NCBI RefSeq assembly: GCF_033153115.1
Contig: NW_026889751.1
Coordinates: forward strand, 22,134,001-22,198,000
DNA: 64,000 nucleotides
Reading direction: 5' to 3'
Origin: Saccostrea echinata
Lineage: Eukaryota
A program made the translations under genes and the position numbers. This document shows, piece by piece, positions 61,914 to 64,000 of the stretch. Every line of letters begins with the position of its first letter. The stretch's first letter is position 1. Under the pieces are notes generated by a model. The model made no database searches. It was given only the letters and a program-made list of their open reading frames with translations, and had not been told where the DNA came from.

Positions 61914-63924
61914 GTAACTCTCGAAACCTCGAAGTCCGCGGGACCGAGGGAAAACTTCGAGAAATCAAGAGTTCGAGTTTTCAAGAGTCCGGAATTTTCC
62001 GGGTTTGTTGACAGGTTTTAAAATTAGTCTTACCGGATGTAATGATTTTCATGCAGTGCTAACCTTTTACACGTGGTTTTTATAAAACAACGATATATTT
62101 TCGTAATTCAGATGAATATTTCATTAAACTGAGTAAAGCAAAAATGTATATCGTCATATCATGTATATTTATTTATTCTTTGTAATACGGACATCATACT
62201 ACGCATTCGTTACATGAAAACGACATTCTACAGCGTCGTACATAGCATTGACTATTCCAAACATGATCACTGAACGATGTTCTGTAAGTATTTGTCCAAT
62301 AATAGTCGTCATATTGACATTGAGGCTGTTTCTGTTTTTTTTCATATTTCGTTTAACTTTGACACTGACTCGAAATAAAAATTAAATTAGTGTTTTGTCT
62401 TTTAATAAATTACTACTTTTCAATGACACCGCGTCTCTAAATTATCGTAAGACAGTCGATGATAATTATTTTAATAGCATATAGGCAAAATATGATTCAT
62501 TATAAATCAATTATCACCTTGCAGCATAAGTGTCACCTGAATAAACATCCTGTTCCTCAAGACCCGCGTCTTCTGCCTGGGGCCATTTAAATGTCCAGGT
62601 AAAGGTGCTAATTATATAATCTTGTATACACATAGCCACTTCGAGGTATCGAGGGTAAATTCTGATAGAATATGCATAGCGGGACTGCATTTTGACTTCG
62701 AGGGATCAAGGGTTTCGAGAGATCAAGAGTTCGAGAAATCAAGAGTAAATTTGCTTAGTTATATAGTGGAAAAATTCGGGACCGGAGACTCACTTCGAGC
62801 GATCAAGAACTTCGAGAGATCGAAGTTCGAGCCATCAAGAGTTACCTGTATATTGAATGTGAATTTGCTTTAAAAAAAATCTCATTAAAAATATTGAATG
62901 GAAATATTACTGTTATTAGTCCCACCTTGCATTACATGTATTTATTTCTTGGAATTACAAGTTTAAAAAGTAGTTATCCAGAATGTGGACTTGTATTCCA
63001 TATTATAATAACGTTTACAGATTGTCTGTACTATTATATTTTCCTGTGTATAGTAAAATCTCTTAATATTGTCCATTTTCTGTTATTAGTCTGACCCTAT
63101 ATTCAATCATGGCGGTAAATATCAACATGGCATGGATACCTTCGATATTTTAAACATTCAGCACTACTTTAAAACTCTTTGCACATGGATTTGGTGATAA
63201 AATTAAAGTATTACAAAATTATTTTTTGTCAGCGATGTCGGCGACATTTATTTTGTAATCGATTAGTAGCATCGAAGAGCTCCTAACGACCGACAATCGA
63301 TCGTCGGCGACAATCGGTCCATCACTATCTTGAATCATCGGATAATTCAAAGTTTTTTCTTGGTCCCAATGATTTCCAGATACATGTAACAAGGTTTGAT
63401 CGTTTATCATATTTATAATGAAATAAGACCTGGAGCCTTGTTTAGGTAAATCTACACAATGATGCTTTTCATATACTGTAAACCAACTTATATTCGCGTG
63501 CGAGAAATTTTCGCAAGGTTCGCGAGAGCCTCGTCATCGCGAATATTTCTTGCCGCCAACCGGTCTTTAAAGTCTCTTTTTCTATTAACAACAGATCAAA
63601 AAAAGACTTGATCGCGTAAATAAATCGTCGCGAACTAGTTTACCCTCTGTAAATCGCGAAATAAAGTCGTCGCGAATAAAAGTTGGTTTACAGTAACAGT
63701 TCATATATGTACTTTTAATACCTGATGTCAAGGATACTGGTTGGTCAAATTGACTTTATCTAATTTGTCATTAAACATGCAAGCAAGATGGAAAGAGTTT
63801 GTACATACATGAGAGAAGATCATTTTACAGGCCTCGGTGTCCAGAATATGAAGCCTCCCTGAAGAATCCCCCAGAATCATAAGCTCCCCATCTTCACTCA
63901 GGGCCATTTCTTCTATAACAGCAT
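9517..63924 (-). CDS. KNTC1: Kinetochore-associated protein 1 (Rod, RZZ complex); 5'-incomplete, 59 coding exons traced, 4 reading-frame lesions (possible pseudogene copy)
   Basis: Spliced translation is collinear with human KNTC1 as I recall it (RCLTETNPESRLYRILSKKKFEEA, APWEAKVIAVIGCI, VFNCQEVD, ASWGHRLGK, DSYDYE, RLPFHPL, KLYEHHSI, KEGxIKGIWRNHSH, LCLDYKIYDVQIWNGVL, WQAPMFSRAWQ). Exons 5'->3': 63809-63924, 61184-61250, 60354-60440, 59900-60006, 59423-59510, 58940-59004, 58726-58835, 58157-58301, 57885-57922, 57699-57761, 57476-57551, 57240-57365, 56708-56797, 56390-56458, 56227-56288, 56017-56125, 51580-51723, 51302-51358, 50061-50177, 49449-49568, 48834-48977, 47021-47119, 46820-46923, 45929-46025, 45679-45819, 42058-42177, 41721-41796, 41554-41618, 41046-41141, 40892-40920, 40635-40736, 36391-36649, 35640-35796, 35161-35318, 34765-34861, 34542-34670, 34147-34263, 26088-26197, 25818-25995, 24545-24634, 23636-23728, 23366-23453, 23158-23216, 22813-23053, 22444-22517, 22113-22314, 21859-21980, 21611-21696, 21450-21519, 20777-20904, 17083-17217, 15649-15744, 15139-15250, 14176-14239, 13957-14080, 11325-11411, 11072-11218, 9956-10058, 9517-9564 (stop TAG). 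Intron phases agree everywhere except three exons. Confidence 0.93.
10452..10620. repeat. ~170-bp imperfect palindrome, possibly a non-autonomous Crypton-like element
   Basis: Arms TAAGGAATGTTTTT...GGCATATTTCATGAAGCGC and GCGCTTCATGAAAAATATGCC...AAAAACATTCCTTA. A related half copy lies at ~9600-9690. Confidence 0.6.
11618..13842 (-). mobile_element. HINE-like element (166-bp family) interrupted by a second HINE family
   Basis: AACGAGAGGCCCATAGGCC end at ~11620; (GACA)n plus TTCAGGTGAGCCAAAA end at ~13840. Confidence 0.75.
12161..13305 (+). mobile_element. Nested HINE-like element with ~145-bp GACCTT-rich units
   Basis: 5' hairpin TATGCCCCCG..CGGGGGTATA, (GTCT)n, about 7 units containing CCATAACTTTTG and TGACCTTGACC, 3' end CACAAACACATCTTGTT. 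Confidence 0.75.
14410..14711. mobile_element. Kolobok-like MITE
   Basis: Inverted termini GGCAAAAA..AATAGTTTCTCAGGC / GCCTGAGAAACTATT..TTTTTGGCC. Confidence 0.5.
17306..19348 (-). mobile_element. HINE-like element with ~165-bp satellite units
   Basis: Same family as 2284-3564 in reverse orientation, with both ends present (GAGGCCCATGGGCC and CAGCTCAGGTGAGCTAA). Confidence 0.85.
17541..18140. mobile_element. 600-bp MITE with 5-bp TSD
   Basis: TIR CAGGGTTCGACACTAAC / GTTAGTGTCGAACCCTG; TSD AAAAC on both sides. Confidence 0.85.
19347..20671 (-). mobile_element. HINE-like element (166-bp units), head-to-tail with the previous one
   Basis: Starts AACAAGAGGCCCATGGGCC directly at the end of the previous element; ends (GACA)n...CAGGTGAGCTAAAA. 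Confidence 0.85.
20931..21130. mobile_element. MITE (TA-flanked, CTGTA termini)
   Basis: TIR ACTGTATACAGGG / CCCTGTATACAGT. Confidence 0.7.
22561..22860 (-). repeat. 84-bp tandem array reiterating the 3' end and donor of KNTC1 exon 22813-23053
   Basis: TCACCT at 22641, 22725 and 22809, plus a partial copy at ~22566. Confidence 0.9.
23812..24288. mobile_element. Kolobok-like MITE
   Basis: TIR AGGCTACATAAATT..GGTTCTCAGGCC / GGCCTGAGAACC..AATTTTATATAGCCT, with TTAA at the right end. Confidence 0.6.
24737..25806. mobile_element. Non-autonomous TIR DNA transposon
   Basis: ~40-bp TIR GGATCGGGTTGCACGAACGTTAGTTAAATT / AATTTAACTAACGTTCGTGCAACCGGATCC. Confidence 0.8.
26553..26677. repeat. DIRS internal complementary region (ICR)
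   Basis: 26553-26641 is the reverse complement of 26300-26388 (1 mismatch); 26638-26677 is the reverse complement of 31184-31223. Confidence 0.92.
26769..27932 (-). CDS. DIRS tyrosine recombinase (phage-integrase family)
   Basis: N-terminal SAM-like region (ASWRIGTKKQY...SSLNTARGAL), catalytic R (AARAQT), HSVR, GW and KFY motifs. Confidence 0.92.
   Translation of the reverse strand: MHQEDSGRPGKRDYHCPIMAHSDLVHRINEKYSQESIITSEKEGSTSKPSQKGDSSSVGRNDLDCMPSVRRAYRNFGFSKTTTSIIMASWRIGTKKQYQTFIKRWFQYCSEWKINPVSPSINNILEFLTLLFENGLSHSSLNTARGALSALGIKLDGTSVGSHALVIRYMKGVYNIRPTKPKYSGTRDVSLVLRQLKKWSPVKTLSLKQLTLKLVMLIALTNAARAQTIHLISVNNVKKCFNEYIFEYFRLLKQCRPGYKMPVVHPPDRRLCIYVVVKEYLLKTAPVRNGEHSLLLSYVKPHKAVTRDTVSRWIKMVMKLSGVNTDVFGSHSVRSASVSKAKSAAVPVDEILRKAGWTNATTFSKFYEKDIIVEKESFASGVLCKKN
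27569..29590 (-). CDS. DIRS pol: reverse transcriptase, RNase H and DNA N6-adenine methyltransferase-like domain (frameshift near 29515-29522)
   Basis: LPFGLSSAPRIF and YIDD; RNase H SDASLLGWG, HINYLE, SDN, ADKLSR; MT DIDLFAS...YIFPPF. The N-terminal AGRLKYFFKEWEKITSD lies in another frame upstream of the called ORF 27569..29521. Confidence 0.93.
29627..30945 (-). CDS. DIRS gag/ORF1 (frameshifted at ~30190-30210)
   Basis: ORFs 30106..30981 and 29627..29992 join via an alternate frame: RPEKCEGLKVVKTN / DIISQEAKTIDRKMQNIE...LFGHAN...RRELIKPEL...WLFGDDI, with an RG-rich C-terminus typical of DIRS gag. Confidence 0.8.
31871..33777. mobile_element. MITE with 5-bp TSD (TTATG) containing a nested HINE
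   Basis: CAGGGCTCTCA / TGAGAGCCATG termini; TTATG at 31866-31870 and 33778-33782. Confidence 0.8.
31995..33564 (-). mobile_element. HINE-like element with 167-bp satellite units
   Basis: AACAAGAGGCCCAAGGGC end, CCAGAACCCCTGACCCTGGGG units at 32881, 33048 and 33212, and GGTCACCTGAGTGACTCAGGTGACC hairpin end. Confidence 0.85.
35885..36430 (-). repeat. 83-bp tandem array (~7 units) reiterating the donor of KNTC1 exon 36391-36649
   Basis: CTCACCTG at 35971, 36054, 36137, 36220, 36303 and 36386. Confidence 0.92.
36970..40548 (-). mobile_element. HINE-like element (same family as 31995-33564) with ~10 satellite units and a nested MULE
   Basis: Shares termini and ~167-bp units (GAAGATTTTCAAAGAAATAATGCATTTTCACTAT) with 31995-33564. 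Confidence 0.85.
38997..40284. mobile_element. Non-autonomous Mutator-like element (MULE)
   Basis: TIR GGGTGTTGCTAAAACGCGGAACGG / CCGTTCCGCATTTTAGCAACACCC; 9-bp TSD ATATAGCCC. Confidence 0.85.
41299..41400. repeat. Perfect 44-bp-arm inverted repeat
   Basis: 41299-41342 is the reverse complement of 41357-41400. Confidence 0.9.
42944..43320 (+). promoter_or_regulatory. Putative TATA box, non-coding first exon and 5' UTR intron of the TRIM-NHL gene
   Basis: TATAAA at 42944-42949, donor CAG|GTAAAA at 43048, acceptor TTCTTCAG ending 43320, ATG at 43336 in AACAATGG context. Confidence 0.45.
43336..45027 (+). CDS. RING-less TRIM-NHL protein (2 B-boxes, coiled coil, NHL beta-propeller; TRIM2/3/71-like bivalve expansion), nested antisense in a KNTC1 intron
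   Basis: Intact 563-aa single-exon ORF: CDLC..HCDTC..LC..C...H......H B-box1, C..H...MYCNQC..PVCLTC..H..H B-box2, heptad region, and NHL repeats (PSNIAVTKSGDLVYTD, PQGITTDSQSHI.TAD, PLGLCTDANDNLFVA). Confidence 0.93.
   Translation: MDPRTSAQDVMRCDLCETAVVQMHCDTCLVNLCTACVGKHMISDESKDHKVVKFQARKSTPLYPECKSHNKDRCEMYCNQCDIPVCLTCLASKQHLGHELSKILQVVGEKKDIIIKEKNELNETIYPTYQDIVSDVQNRMSQLEKEYGDLSTAITKHGEDWHREIDKLLMKLKAEVDEMKNTQLQTLQKHLDEISKKMSDIKDEINSMETVTDTNDLSKLFSVTSNVHTYRNLPHKIMPSLPKFIPGKTHGEELSKMFGALSSSSLTSDKHGYSMKTPQKSPEAGSSPPVKQLLDEPETVTNIDTGYFKLYNVACLSDEEIWTSGTGSTMKLFSINQGSRLKSIRTKSGNMPSNIAVTKSGDLVYTDYNGRTVNIVKNEKIEEVIRLQNWEPKGVCSTSSGDLLVIMDSDDNTQSKVVRYSGSTEKKSIQFDDKGKPLYSPSSFCLRYVTENKNQDICVSDDVANAVVVVNQSGKLRFRYTGHTPAPKNQSFSPQGITTDSQSHIPTADSNNDCVHIIDQDGQFLCYIDCGLSYPLGLCTDANDNLFVAQLRNKQVKKIRYLL
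46220..46459. mobile_element. Short G-rich MITE
   Basis: CAGTGGTGGATCCAG / CTGGATCTGCCTTTG termini. Confidence 0.5.
47130..47885 (-). mobile_element. Truncated HINE-like element (166-bp family)
   Basis: Degenerate satellite units; ends GATCAGAAAAGCTCACTTGAGCC. Confidence 0.7.
48300..48870 (-). repeat. Degenerate array reiterating the donor of KNTC1 exon 48834-48977, interrupted by a small MITE (48407-48526)
   Basis: Repeated (A)TCTGACCTTGACA and ATTTAG..GACTGTGTCCTCT motifs. Confidence 0.75.
49236..49510 (-). repeat. 69-bp tandem array (4 units) reiterating the donor of KNTC1 exon 49449-49568
   Basis: ACTTACAGCTAGGAACTGAGC occurs four times; ORF 49194..49592 shows the 23-aa repeat. Confidence 0.92.
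49712..49930. mobile_element. MITE (TA-flanked, CGCG-rich)
   Basis: TIR ACTGTAGATTCCT / AGGAATCTACAGT. Confidence 0.75.
50233..51160. mobile_element. pogo/Tigger-like non-autonomous element
   Basis: TA|CAGTAAAC..CTTTTATAACGTA / TACGTTATAAAAG..GTTTACTG|TA with subterminal TATAACG repeats. Confidence 0.75.
51635..51980 (-). repeat. ~115-bp tandem array (3 units) reiterating the acceptor and 5' part of KNTC1 exon 51580-51723
   Basis: CTCAGACTACAAA at 51718, 51834 and 51948 reads TTTGTAG|TCTGAG on the minus strand. Confidence 0.88.
52483..53280. mobile_element. MITE with 5-bp TSD
   Basis: TIR CAGGGGTAGACAAATAG / CTATTTGTCTAGCCCTG; TSD AAGAA. Confidence 0.85.
53410..53927. mobile_element. hAT-like MITE
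   Basis: TIR CAGTGATTGGGAAGG / CCTTCCCAATCAATG; imperfect ~6-bp TSD ATGCTT/ATACTT. Confidence 0.65.
55398..56060 (-). repeat. 51-bp tandem array (13 units) reiterating the donor of KNTC1 exon 56017-56125
   Basis: Minus-strand unit GGGGAATCTTAGTGTGGGACTCACCATCTGGGTCCAACATCAG|GTGAATTA. Confidence 0.93.
58379..58750 (-). repeat. 43-bp tandem array (~9 units) reiterating the donor of KNTC1 exon 58726-58835
   Basis: CTTACCCCTGATTCTGAACTTCTCTTGTT every 43 bp from 58463 to 58721. Confidence 0.93.
59220..59445 (-). repeat. ~28-bp degenerate array (~8 units) reiterating the donor of KNTC1 exon 59423-59510
   Basis: TTTTACCTGAGATTAAGTAATCTCC repeats. Confidence 0.8.
61641..63327. mobile_element. Non-autonomous hAT element
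   Basis: TAGTGATGG / CCATCACTA termini, 8-bp TSD TCTTGAAT, subterminal ATCGATT repeats. Confidence 0.85.
61910..62848. mobile_element. pogo/Tigger-like MITE nested in the hAT element at a (TA)n tract
   Basis: TA|CAGGTAACTCT / AGAGTTACCTG|TA with subterminal TTCGAG repeats. Confidence 0.8.
63475..63694. mobile_element. MITE (TA-flanked, CGCG-rich)
   Basis: TIR ACTGTAAACCAACTT / AAGTTGGTTTACAGT. Confidence 0.75.
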
Positions 63925-64000
63925 CTATGTGTACATCACATTAGATTTGTAATTAAAGTTAAGTCTTGTAATATTAATACAGTGGTTCCCGTTTTATCGA

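Overview
Eukaryotic, AT-rich animal DNA. The repeat families and the intronless B-box/NHL gene point to a bivalve, most likely an oyster (inference). One minus-strand gene occupies most of the window (9517 to beyond 63924): the kinetochore RZZ subunit Rod/KNTC1. I traced 59 coding exons by hand; the 5' exons lie outside the window. Its 3' half carries an in-frame stop and three 1-nt frameshifts, so it is either a disabled copy or affected by consensus errors. Its introns hold a full-length DIRS1-like tyrosine-recombinase retrotransposon (26300-31223; gag, RT-RNaseH-methyltransferase, YR, ITRs and ICR), an intact antisense TRIM-NHL gene (43336-45027), many non-autonomous Helentron/HINE-like elements with 145-167 bp satellite units, and nested MITEs. 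A tRNA-derived SINE lies at about 1187-1530. The most striking unexplained pattern is that essentially every non-transposon minisatellite in the window (at least 12 loci, units 24-116 bp) reiterates a KNTC1 exon-intron junction and runs into the intron, multiplying splice donors or acceptors.
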